This document shows, in pieces, positions 27,801 through 35,734 of a stretch of DNA of 53,162 bases. The DNA is from a virus (taxonomy: Duplodnaviria; Caudoviricetes), in IMG/VR virus record IMGVR_UViG_3300024323_000009, positions 1 to 53,162 of that record; one strand, written 5' to 3'. Made by a program: the position numbers and the translations under genes. Positions within the stretch are counted from its first letter, which is position 1. Each line of letters begins with the position of its first letter. The notes below the pieces were generated by a model, which was not told the origin of the DNA, did no database searches, and worked only from the letters and a program-made list of their open reading frames with translations.

Positions 27801-30800
27801 GAAGTGTGGGTTAAGCCTGTGGATGCTGAGACTACTACTGGCACTAAGATGGAAATTACTCCGTCGAAGAATTACGACAAGTATGACGCTAGAAAAGTAT
27901 TCAAAAACATCGCCAAGAACGAGCCGGGAACCATCAAGTTCTTAGATGAATATGGTACAGAGATTAAGCCAGATGCGGCAGCTTTAGCACCGGCACAGCA
28001 TACAGTTATAACTAAGGGTGCAGAAGTAAAAGTTCACTATGATCCCAGTGAATCTCCAGAACGTCAATGGGGTTTTCCAGTGATGAATAATGGATTGGTT
28101 CAATTCGACTACCCTTTCTACGAAGATGTTAAACTACCTTCGATTAAAATTAACGTCAACCCTACAGTGGACGTAATGAATCCAGAGTATCCGTTCACCA
28201 ACAATCGTGATGCTTTGAAAGGTGAGTCTAGGCAAGCAGTTGAGAATATCTTGAAGAATATGTCTCAACAATATAAGCAGAAAGTGCTAGATGTATTTCA
28301 GTCTCGCATGAATGATACTACTAAAATCGAAGGCTCTCGACAGAGATTCCTCGATGTTAGTGGTAGAATGAAGCCGGAAGATGTTACTGAGATAGCCACG
28401 GATAAGAGGATACAGGACTTGAATAAAGCATTGAGTAGAGTTCATACTGCTGCATTCAAATATCTCAACCGGCGTTTTGGTGATTTCTGGTCTAATGCTA
28501 GATACAAAGGTTTTGCCAATGGTGGAGGTTTCAAAGGTGTGCGATTTGGAGTGCCAGAGAAGGGTAAGAAAGGGGAAATTTATTATGACTTACAGCACGT
28601 ATTCAATGATGGGATACAAGCATTTCGAGATGGTAAGTATGGACCAGCAGAGATGAATAAAGCGGTTGGTGAAAGTTTAGCAGGTGTAGTATTACATGAG
28701 ATTTCGCACCAGGTTTCACACTCCGAAGGTGAAGGTCATGCTATAGCAATGACTGACCTCGCTGGTCCAATGGCTGAATACATTCGTAAATCAATCCGAG
28801 CAGTAGAAAAAACATTCACACACGATAGTGATATATTAAACTTCTATGAATGGTACAGAGATAAAATTAAAAATACGGAACTCGCAGCAGATGAGGCGCG
28901 TGATTTCATTCGCCAAGGTCAACGCGGCGAACCAACAGGACAAATCTTCTCAGCAACTAATAGAGAAGCTAGCACCAGAACTAGTGAAGCAGGCGGAGAA
29001 ACCAAGTTTCAGCCAGTAGATATTGGTGATGTGTTAGAGCCACAAGAAGGACGATTAGGGAAGCAGGGCTATTACCACCTCCGCGATGAACGCCTACAAG
29101 CCTCGTCGGTTCACATTACTGACGACAAGATTCATGTCATTAACTTGCAAGTGCCACAAGAGAAACAAGGTAAAGGTATCGGCTCCGAAGTGCTCGGCAA
29201 ACTCAAAGGACTCTCCGACTCTATCGGTAAGCCTATCGAATTGATAGCACACCCCGATAGTGAAAAGCAACAGGAACAGTTGAACCGATTCTATGAGCGT
29301 AACGGATTCACAAAGCTAGAAGGCGACGATCGGAAGTTTAGCTATTTTCCACCAGCATCTAGTATGAAGTATCAACCCGTAGCTGGCCATCCTGAGGACG
29401 AATCACCAGTAGCGAAGGAGGCGTCGTTGAAGCTTACGCAATCGGCGATTGACCGCATTCGTAGTATTCCGGCGAAGATAGCACCGGAGCTAGGTGATGC
29501 GTTCCAGCAGACTCTAGCGAAGAAGCAGAACCTCCTTGGGCAGTGGTGGAACAAAGCGGCATACGCTATTAATAAGCTCTCGACTAACGAGCAGGCGACG
29601 TTACAAGATGTACTCTATAACGAGCGTGATAGTAGGCAGAAGATGTTTGTTCCACAGAAGCTGCGCGAGGCTTATGGCGCGATTCGGCAGGCATATCTCG
29701 ATAGCGCCGAACACCAACGTGCTATCAATGAACCCATCCAAGAGAGTGATGGCACTATGCGTCCTATCGAAGTGGACCCCTTCTACCATGCGACTACGAT
29801 GGAGCCGAAGGTAGCAGATGTGTTTCGGCAGGGGACGGATAAGGCTGAGGAGCAGCGGTTGACGGACATCTTTGTGCAACACCAACTCCGGCATATTGAC
29901 CCGAAGATCACTGACCCTGAGCAACGACTCGCGATTGCACATAGTAACCTCAAAGATATTATCGCGTCACTGCGCGGCTCCGCCAAGTTCGACACCGGCG
30001 ATCATAGCAACCAGACGTTCTATAATGCAGCGCGGAGAGCCGAGGGAATACTCCTTCCTAAAGAGTTCATGCGCCAAGATTTGAAGCGCAACCTACAAGT
30101 GTATTTCATGCGACGTGCAGCGGATAATGCTTATTATGAGCATATGGAGAGTCAGCCGAAGATAGCATCAGCGTTAGGTTATACTAAAGATGCGTGGGGT
30201 AACAAACTGCCGAAAGCTGACGAGTTACTATCGGGCAACGATCAAGTCCGTGCAGTAATGAACATGCTCAAGGGTGAGGGGATTACGAAGACGAGTATGC
30301 AGGAGCACGCGGTAGAGTCACTCGCGAGTGCAGTGATGCTAGGACCAACCACCGAAGGCCATAAGATAGTGGGTAGTCAAGCGATGGCGATGACCTACGC
30401 AGATAACCCAGTGGAAGCCGCGAAGATGTATCTGCACGCGATACGCAATCTTGGGAGTGGATGGGTTAATACTAAGAATGAGCCAACTGGTAGTTACGCA
30501 CACACGCTAGAGACTGGCTATCACGTCCTCGATAGTAAGTCGGCGCATGACATGCTCAATACTCACTTGACTGCTGCTGAACGACTCCGTGGGTTGACTA
30601 CTGGGATACGCGAGATTTATACTATTGGTGGGTTGACTGAACGGTTCAACAAGAGCATGTTGCAGGGGATGGCCGAATATCTCATACCCTCGAAACTAGC
30701 CGCAGCTAGGAATGGTGATGCCGGAGCTTTAGCACTAGTCCGGCATATAGACCCCTCCTTCACTCCCGACAAAGCTTATACTGACAAGCAACTCGTAGCA

Positions 30801-31847
30801 ATAGCATCCGAGTTCGCCAATCTGATGCACGGCACTAAGGATGCTAGGACATTGCCTGCGTGGATGCTACACGATAACGAAGTCTCATCATTCTTCAAGC
30901 TCGCTTCGTGGAACATCGCCCAGACTAATAACTTCATGCGTAACGTATGGACACCAGCCAAGCAGGGCAACTTCCAACCGCTGCTAATGTCCACCCTTGG
31001 CGCTGCCCTCGGAGGTTATGCCTTGACTCAGTTGCGGGAGGCAATCAATGCGAAGCGTTCCGGCGTCCCGTCCTTCGGGGAAATGGCCGCCTCGGAGCGG
31101 GGATTGTTTCAACCGGCGCTCGCATATCAGGCGATGGCGATGGCCAGCTATGCCGGATTTGGGGGGATACTCTCGACGGTCGCAAGGTGGCCATTCGACA
31201 TTGCGTTCCGAAACGCTCCACAAGGCGCGACGTTTCCACTCGACGAAGAGGTTAGCGGACTAGTGAAGGTGGGCAACAACGTAGTGGATGCGTTGTTGAA
31301 TGACCCTACTGGCAACTGGATGAACATAGGCGCTCATGGTATTGCGGACATATTGAAAAATAACATTCAACTAGCGCGAGTGGGATATAACCACATGGCC
31401 GATTTAGGAATGCTATCGCCGGAGCGTAACGAGTTGAAGGCGACTAGTGATAAGATGGCCGAGTTACGCCGGTTCAAACAGGTGAGTGGTTATACTGTTG
31501 ATTTACAGGGTGGTGCTGGTGATGAGAACCCCTATATGAACTTAGAGCAGCGTAGCTTTAAGAGGGAGCAAGATATGGGCAAAGCAATGCAGGAGTTGCC
31601 GGCGCTAGTGAACACGTTAGTTACGAAGTATGGTGATAAGCCTGACGTGATGCTATCGAAACTAAGGTCATTGAAGAGCAATAGCACTTACGAAACTATG
31701 CCCTCGTTTGAAGATACTCCATTGGTGTTCACCAGATACTTGTCCTTCTTGCAGAAACGTGAGGGTAACAATGCCGCAAATGCTAGGCTGATGGACTATA
31801 TGCAGCACAAGATTGTGAATGCGGCTAAAGCTTCGGCAGTTCCTTAA
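24900..31847 (+). CDS. Giant multidomain internal virion (polyvalent) protein: HExxH zincin-like motifs, GHKL ATPase, GNAT
   Basis: YHELLH at ~26781. GHKL motifs KEMVQNAFDA, DNGRGM, GGYGLAK and TGT. LHEISH at ~28695. GNAT motifs QGKGIGS and RFYERNGF. Confidence 0.8.
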   Translation: MPIKRQLTDEELAELDRQGYDVSQVPKDGVTVLSPEEQQQQALKAQGEQQGQLGAVGATLKGHAGSLIGGGAGALTAGAVVPAIAASWAGGPVTGIPGTLLGLGAMAAGGLAGSYAGQKAQEAILPQATNQQLQQAAVAAQAAYPKTALATDVGAGALLSGGRPSLTVPSLAGSGLKKILTQGIASQLLPQEASAIRNVVTMNAANLGVNAGLQAATTGKVDPTELAASGLAGVAFSQPNFLGRKLLKWEPLSRSAAPQAETQATPYTIEDGQIQTVEQRQARQKQQGNEDWQRQQLETQQANEYSAQQAAQLEAQQQQQRDAAEYRQANWKSLSPAQPANKDGTPNYMVGDQGVKRAWLKRNSEPVPDDADEITRASVQARNNLLKQTPVSQMRDEMYVQDLATKDPEGYQQYQQQQQAQMQRIQQMQQDVASQNARIANQTEAQKQALAQQQAQAKAQQVQAQQQLAARQKRHDDFVAAFQRDQQAQRQIEAEQLRQQILGRGLEQRSAATGTAEMQAKAAREAAFAQAEREGEAARQRALEIEEQQRRDEGDTRYQGVTPGDKEVSRATPELLGEAAKRATTIGQLQPEDRLTIPETGGEARGAARIGERLILLSRMATKDTGYHELLHQTLSDMDKSGDRYMMELAGRMRRVHAGEEQLAQQGGEQYQQQVEGRRNMMAKAGSTLKDVYAALSARLGTENPGLLRRNLIAIARGASGPETPLIAKASAAIGGKGIIHYNTNDDFKRYNELVSKIRTAQLSERPSIWKELEEIKNRNGGMPPQGVHIDGSNGTKYQGVEPEQQRRVAGANVNRALGLLGASMYDKNYSQTAVKEMVQNAFDAVKGVNEPTIRLHLEESGGETIGVSDNGRGMTPEIVLTKLLPAFESGKESTESAGGYGLAKVALFSGADDFRVVTVAEHQGQKLQTEVNGDGKAWLDFVNHGADLPLDLNQPGRHTLDSKGDLEVWVKPVDAETTTGTKMEITPSKNYDKYDARKVFKNIAKNEPGTIKFLDEYGTEIKPDAAALAPAQHTVITKGAEVKVHYDPSESPERQWGFPVMNNGLVQFDYPFYEDVKLPSIKINVNPTVDVMNPEYPFTNNRDALKGESRQAVENILKNMSQQYKQKVLDVFQSRMNDTTKIEGSRQRFLDVSGRMKPEDVTEIATDKRIQDLNKALSRVHTAAFKYLNRRFGDFWSNARYKGFANGGGFKGVRFGVPEKGKKGEIYYDLQHVFNDGIQAFRDGKYGPAEMNKAVGESLAGVVLHEISHQVSHSEGEGHAIAMTDLAGPMAEYIRKSIRAVEKTFTHDSDILNFYEWYRDKIKNTELAADEARDFIRQGQRGEPTGQIFSATNREASTRTSEAGGETKFQPVDIGDVLEPQEGRLGKQGYYHLRDERLQASSVHITDDKIHVINLQVPQEKQGKGIGSEVLGKLKGLSDSIGKPIELIAHPDSEKQQEQLNRFYERNGFTKLEGDDRKFSYFPPASSMKYQPVAGHPEDESPVAKEASLKLTQSAIDRIRSIPAKIAPELGDAFQQTLAKKQNLLGQWWNKAAYAINKLSTNEQATLQDVLYNERDSRQKMFVPQKLREAYGAIRQAYLDSAEHQRAINEPIQESDGTMRPIEVDPFYHATTMEPKVADVFRQGTDKAEEQRLTDIFVQHQLRHIDPKITDPEQRLAIAHSNLKDIIASLRGSAKFDTGDHSNQTFYNAARRAEGILLPKEFMRQDLKRNLQVYFMRRAADNAYYEHMESQPKIASALGYTKDAWGNKLPKADELLSGNDQVRAVMNMLKGEGITKTSMQEHAVESLASAVMLGPTTEGHKIVGSQAMAMTYADNPVEAAKMYLHAIRNLGSGWVNTKNEPTGSYAHTLETGYHVLDSKSAHDMLNTHLTAAERLRGLTTGIREIYTIGGLTERFNKSMLQGMAEYLIPSKLAAARNGDAGALALVRHIDPSFTPDKAYTDKQLVAIASEFANLMHGTKDARTLPAWMLHDNEVSSFFKLASWNIAQTNNFMRNVWTPAKQGNFQPLLMSTLGAALGGYALTQLREAINAKRSGVPSFGEMAASERGLFQPALAYQAMAMASYAGFGGILSTVARWPFDIAFRNAPQGATFPLDEEVSGLVKVGNNVVDALLNDPTGNWMNIGAHGIADILKNNIQLARVGYNHMADLGMLSPERNELKATSDKMAELRRFKQVSGYTVDLQGGAGDENPYMNLEQRSFKREQDMGKAMQELPALVNTLVTKYGDKPDVMLSKLRSLKSNSTYETMPSFEDTPLVFTRYLSFLQKREGNNAANARLMDYMQHKIVNAAKASAVP

Positions 31848-32169
31848 TAATTTGTTTGTAGTCTTTTCCACGCAAGTAGTCTTCGTAGATACTATTACCT
31901 TCGTATCGGCATCGTCTCTCCTCTTCTTCATACCTACTCATAGTTCTGCCACCACGACGTTGTAATTCTTCCTCTACTACTTTGCGAATCCAGTTGGTTC
32001 TATAAATCATCTCTCGTTCTACGGCTTCAAGACGCCCTTCCAAGTCTTTTACTCGCTTCTCCAACTGCTTATTCTCTACCGTCAACTTGACATTTTTCGC
32101 GCCGATTTCTACCTTCTCGAACAACGAGTTGAAAGTGTCTCGAAGAGTGTTGCTAGACGGTTTGCTCAT
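31825..32169 (-). CDS. Coiled-coil hypothetical protein
   Basis: 114-aa ORF, last gene of the - arm. Confidence 0.6.
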   Translation of the reverse strand: MSKPSSNTLRDTFNSLFEKVEIGAKNVKLTVENKQLEKRVKDLEGRLEAVEREMIYRTNWIRKVVEEELQRRGGRTMSRYEEEERRCRYEGNSIYEDYLRGKDYKQIIKELPKL

Positions 32170-32417
32170 TTTGTGTTGTTAGTGTGATTCGTCCTACTCT
32201 CTCGCATCTTCGATTCCCAACTCATCCGCTCCCGCTTATCAGCTTCATGTTGGTAGTGCCACATTAGCGTTTTGCGAATGTTCACTTGGACGCTAGTATT
32301 AGCGATAGTGTTAGTATGTTCGTTCTCCGGCAACTTCGTCAAGTAGGTTGGTGACTTAGTAGTGCAACCAGAGGCGAGCATTGCTAACCATAGTGCTCTC
32401 ATTATAGCTGTCCCCAC
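32166..32417 (-). CDS. Putative lipoprotein
   Basis: MRALWLAMLASGC lipobox-like signal. Confidence 0.55.
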   Translation of the reverse strand: MGTAIMRALWLAMLASGCTTKSPTYLTKLPENEHTNTIANTSVQVNIRKTLMWHYQHEADKRERMSWESKMRESRTNHTNNTK

Positions 32418-32668
32418 TTCTTCATCACCTCCTTTATGAACGGAACACTCTCATGTTCAGGAAACCAACACACTAGTGTAATGCAGCATACGTCACATAA
32501 GTTGTCAAAGTTACCGTGAATGCTATGCCTACCCTTGCATCGAGGACACTGGACATATGTGTTGGAGTCTAGCTTACGTTCGTCTTCGGCTTGCAGTGCT
32601 AGTAGCCTGACGATACTAGGTGGTGTGCCGCCTTCAATGAGACTATCTCTAGCTTGGGCTGGAGTCAT
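32402..32668 (-). CDS. Zinc-finger protein
   Basis: CPRC...CDVC. Confidence 0.6.
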   Translation of the reverse strand: MTPAQARDSLIEGGTPPSIVRLLALQAEDERKLDSNTYVQCPRCKGRHSIHGNFDNLCDVCCITLVCWFPEHESVPFIKEVMKKWGQL

Positions 32669-32671
32669 ACT

Positions 32672-33049
32672 CTATTTCCACTTCTCGGGCCAAAGTGTGC
32701 GACAAAGAGCCTCGCAGCGTTGGGAGGCGGTAGCTGAAATTAAATGCCAAGTGCCATGCCATAGATACCCATGTTGATCCTTACCTCTGGATACAACCTC
32801 GCCGAGTATGGCCATGTAACGTCCAGTTGTGCCGTTTATCGTTACTGGAATTCTCCCCTCGGTTAACTCTTTTTCATGTTCTGCGCATAGTTTGGATTCG
32901 AGGGCATGGACCGAATCAAGATCGCGAGTATAATCTGGCTCGTATTGGTAGTAAGAGCCAGAGGCTAGCTCAACTTCTGTTGGTTTATGGTATGGAGTGC
33001 CATTCCACTCCGCCAACGCAATCCGCTGTTCTTCTGGTGTCATGCTCAT
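32672..33049 (-). CDS. Phage hypothetical protein
   Basis: 125-aa ORF in the operon. Confidence 0.65.
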   Translation of the reverse strand: MSMTPEEQRIALAEWNGTPYHKPTEVELASGSYYQYEPDYTRDLDSVHALESKLCAEHEKELTEGRIPVTINGTTGRYMAILGEVVSRGKDQHGYLWHGTWHLISATASQRCEALCRTLWPEKWK

Positions 33050-33258
33050 TTACCATCATCCTCCTGTCTCAAATAGTTAGCTACATTCTCTCGATGTTGC
33101 TGCGGTACGAAGATAGTCGCCAAGTTCCTAAACTTCGAGCTACCTTCTTTATGCTCTACTAAGTCGAGTATTACGGTTCCGTCACTCTCCTCTTGCATAC
33201 GTATATGAACGGTAGCATTACACTGTAAGTTCTGAATCATTTTAGGTGGCTTCTTCAT
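33046..33258 (-). CDS. Hypothetical protein
   Basis: 70-aa ORF overlapping its neighbours. Confidence 0.55.
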   Translation of the reverse strand: MKKPPKMIQNLQCNATVHIRMQEESDGTVILDLVEHKEGSSKFRNLATIFVPQQHRENVANYLRQEDDGK

Positions 33259-33431
33259 GGTGATAGTCTAGTATTTCTGGTCTTATGATGATTTTGGTGT
33301 TGCGTCCTGTAGAGACTGTTATGCCCATCTTCTCCGCGATTGCTAGTAAGGTGTTCATTTCCGAACGAATGAGGTTCTTGCAGCGTAACGCGACACGACG
33401 ACGCGGCGCTTTTGTGGGATGGTGGGGCATA

Positions 33432-33887
33432 CTACGGAATGAGTTGATATGTTGGACCTTGACGGTGGAGACGAAACTCTTCGAGTGGTAACAAATGTCC
33501 GTTAGTCCGCAGTATATCAGCATTAGTATTTTGAAGCCCTGCCATATTCCGGCGTAACACATCCCATGTTCGCCAATGATTAGTACTACGTTGTAGTTCC
33601 CACAGATAGTTAGTGGCATCTTTTGGTAATCGTATAGCGATGAATCGGTCAGGAGTAGGAGGCTTCACAATCGCTTTAGTCATCGCCGGAAAATTCGCCA
33701 TAGTTTTAGGAGGCGCTATTACTATCTCGGCTCGCCGCATTCGGTGATGGGTTTTGACTTGTGGAGGTAGTGGTGGCTCTTGACTCCACAACTTGAGTGC
33801 CGTCAGCAACAATAGTAACAACACTAGGAGTAGGAGTGATGGTGGGGGGAATAGCGGTAGCTTGTTGTTTTTGTTGGAGTGCTTCAT
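33432..33887 (-). CDS. Membrane-anchored/exported protein overlapping the 3' end of the upstream NTPase gene
   Basis: Poly-Leu hydrophobic stretch and a C-terminal YLWELQRSTNHWRTW...FRL motif. Confidence 0.5.
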   Translation of the reverse strand: MKHSNKNNKLPLFPPPSLLLLVLLLLLLTALKLWSQEPPLPPQVKTHHRMRRAEIVIAPPKTMANFPAMTKAIVKPPTPDRFIAIRLPKDATNYLWELQRSTNHWRTWDVLRRNMAGLQNTNADILRTNGHLLPLEEFRLHRQGPTYQLIP

Positions 33888-35142
33888 GGTGAGATTTGGA
33901 GATGCGGAAGGTTCCACGATCTATGTTTTGAGTTTGGGGATTGGTGTTGATAGCTCTGTCGGTGGCTACAAGAGACTCCATCACTTCCATCAACTCGGTC
34001 TTCTTGAGGTCGTTGCCGAACTGGAGTTGGAGGCGTTTGAACGACGTAGTAGATTCGCCTTGCTCTGCGAGATACCGTACTATGTCATTCCCCGATTCAT
34101 GCAAGACGTTTCTCCCTGAGTTAGCAAACGCTAGGTGCATATTGACTTCGGCTTCTCCTAGCGTGTCGAAGGCTTCCTTAGCAGTAGCAATGGAGATGAC
34201 ATTCGTATCATATCGCTCCGCGTAGTGTAGTATGGTCATCAACTTGAGCCAGTGTATCTTCTTCCTCCCGTAGTAGTCATCGAGTCGAGGATTCTTATTG
34301 ACTCGATGCTTTATCATATCTCCCGACTCATACATCGTGTTGAAGTAGTGTTCAGCTTCGGGGGAGAGCGTGACTTCTCCCACTACGCGAGTAGCTATCT
34401 CCTTCACATGCGCGACAATCTCTACATACGCTTGTTGTTGCTCTGGTGATAGCTCTCTCGGCGCACGGAAGAACCTAGCACCATCAGCATAAATCATAAT
34501 CGTCCTCGACGTGAATCCTTTCTTGACAACTCTATCAGCCAAGAGATCACGTATGCTATTGGGAGTAGTGCCAGCAAGCATATTGACACACACGTTCTTG
34601 ATATGATGGACTCCTTGGTGACGGGTTTCATAGCTTAGATTACCAGCATCGTAGAGGTCGTTTAGTACAGCTACCATATCGGCCATATCACGGGAGAAGA
34701 GGACTTCTAGTTCTTCGATGTTGAAGGAGCATGAACAGTGAGCGGTAATGCGTTTCTCGCCGTTCGAGGACTTGTACTCGGCGCTCCGTATCTCCTTGGA
34801 GAGGAGTTCGATAATACGTTGGCATGTGACTTTCGATGGTGATGTTTTGATTAGCTGGATGATACGGCCATCCTTGTCCACTGTAGTCATTAGTGGGTGA
34901 AGTATCACGGAGAGCACTTGTTTGATAGTTCGCCCTTTGCCAGTAGCAGGAGGGCCGATGAGTATGGAGTAGAGGTTCGAGAATATGGAGTTGTGGTCGG
35001 GTAGTTCAGTGATGCGATTGGCGCGTAACCAGACCTTGCGTTGGAGCGCACTGGCGATCATGTGGATAAAGCCCCACCGTATGAAGATTAGGGGCGATTC
35101 TAGGTCTTGTGTGTATAGTAGCCATCTGTCATAGTTTGTCAT
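33706..35142 (-). CDS. P-loop NTPase, DUF3987-like putative replicative helicase
   Basis: Walker A IGPPATGKGR, plus LNDLYD, NMLAGTTP and GFTSR motifs. Lies downstream of the polymerase. Confidence 0.65.
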   Translation of the reverse strand: MTNYDRWLLYTQDLESPLIFIRWGFIHMIASALQRKVWLRANRITELPDHNSIFSNLYSILIGPPATGKGRTIKQVLSVILHPLMTTVDKDGRIIQLIKTSPSKVTCQRIIELLSKEIRSAEYKSSNGEKRITAHCSCSFNIEELEVLFSRDMADMVAVLNDLYDAGNLSYETRHQGVHHIKNVCVNMLAGTTPNSIRDLLADRVVKKGFTSRTIMIYADGARFFRAPRELSPEQQQAYVEIVAHVKEIATRVVGEVTLSPEAEHYFNTMYESGDMIKHRVNKNPRLDDYYGRKKIHWLKLMTILHYAERYDTNVISIATAKEAFDTLGEAEVNMHLAFANSGRNVLHESGNDIVRYLAEQGESTTSFKRLQLQFGNDLKKTELMEVMESLVATDRAINTNPQTQNIDRGTFRISKSHHEALQQKQQATAIPPTITPTPSVVTIVADGTQVVESRATTTSTSQNPSPNAASRDSNSAS

Positions 35143-35608
35143 GAGCTATTGTGGCGCTATGTTGTTGGTAGTTCAGTTCTCGCTGCCATTGACTAAACAT
35201 ATAGCTAAGTTCTTGTGGGACTTCTTTATATCTAGCAGCAGGGTGAGGACCATTAATAAATGATATATTAGGGAACACTATTGGAATAACTGCTTCTTGT
35301 GCGATTTTGCCGAACAGTAGTATTACTACAGGCTTGTATAAGTCTATCGCTTCTCGAATATGCTTATCGTCAGCAGTGAATCGAGAAGAAGCGTGTCCTC
35401 TTATCTCACGTGAGGTTTCTTCCCATACGATATTATCTACGTTATCACCAAATGCTCGTAGTATTCGCTGACCAGTCAAGCATCCGGCGAATAGTGTTCG
35501 CTTAATCCACAGACGCCGAAACTTTTCATCTCGGCGTGATAGTATAAGCTTAACCTTTTCAGGATTGCGAAACCATTGGTTTTGTAGGAAGGCTAGTGTT
35601 GTTGTCAT
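35129..35608 (-). CDS. Uracil-DNA-glycosylase-superfamily protein
   Basis: AFLQNQW, TGQRI, KPVVILLFGKIAQ and GPHPAAR motifs. Likely ATG start at 35608. Confidence 0.6.
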   Translation of the reverse strand: MTTTLAFLQNQWFRNPEKVKLILSRRDEKFRRLWIKRTLFAGCLTGQRILRAFGDNVDNIVWEETSREIRGHASSRFTADDKHIREAIDLYKPVVILLFGKIAQEAVIPIVFPNISFINGPHPAARYKEVPQELSYMFSQWQRELNYQQHSATIAHDKL

Positions 35609-35734
35609 AGAAAAGCTGTAGCTGCAACTCACAAGGTAATATTTCGCATCAGTGGCTTATGTTGGAAGCTATAAACTTCCGTTTATTCCACCCAGTCCTT
35701 TGGGCTTTATTGTGAGAGCAGCCACAAAATAGTA

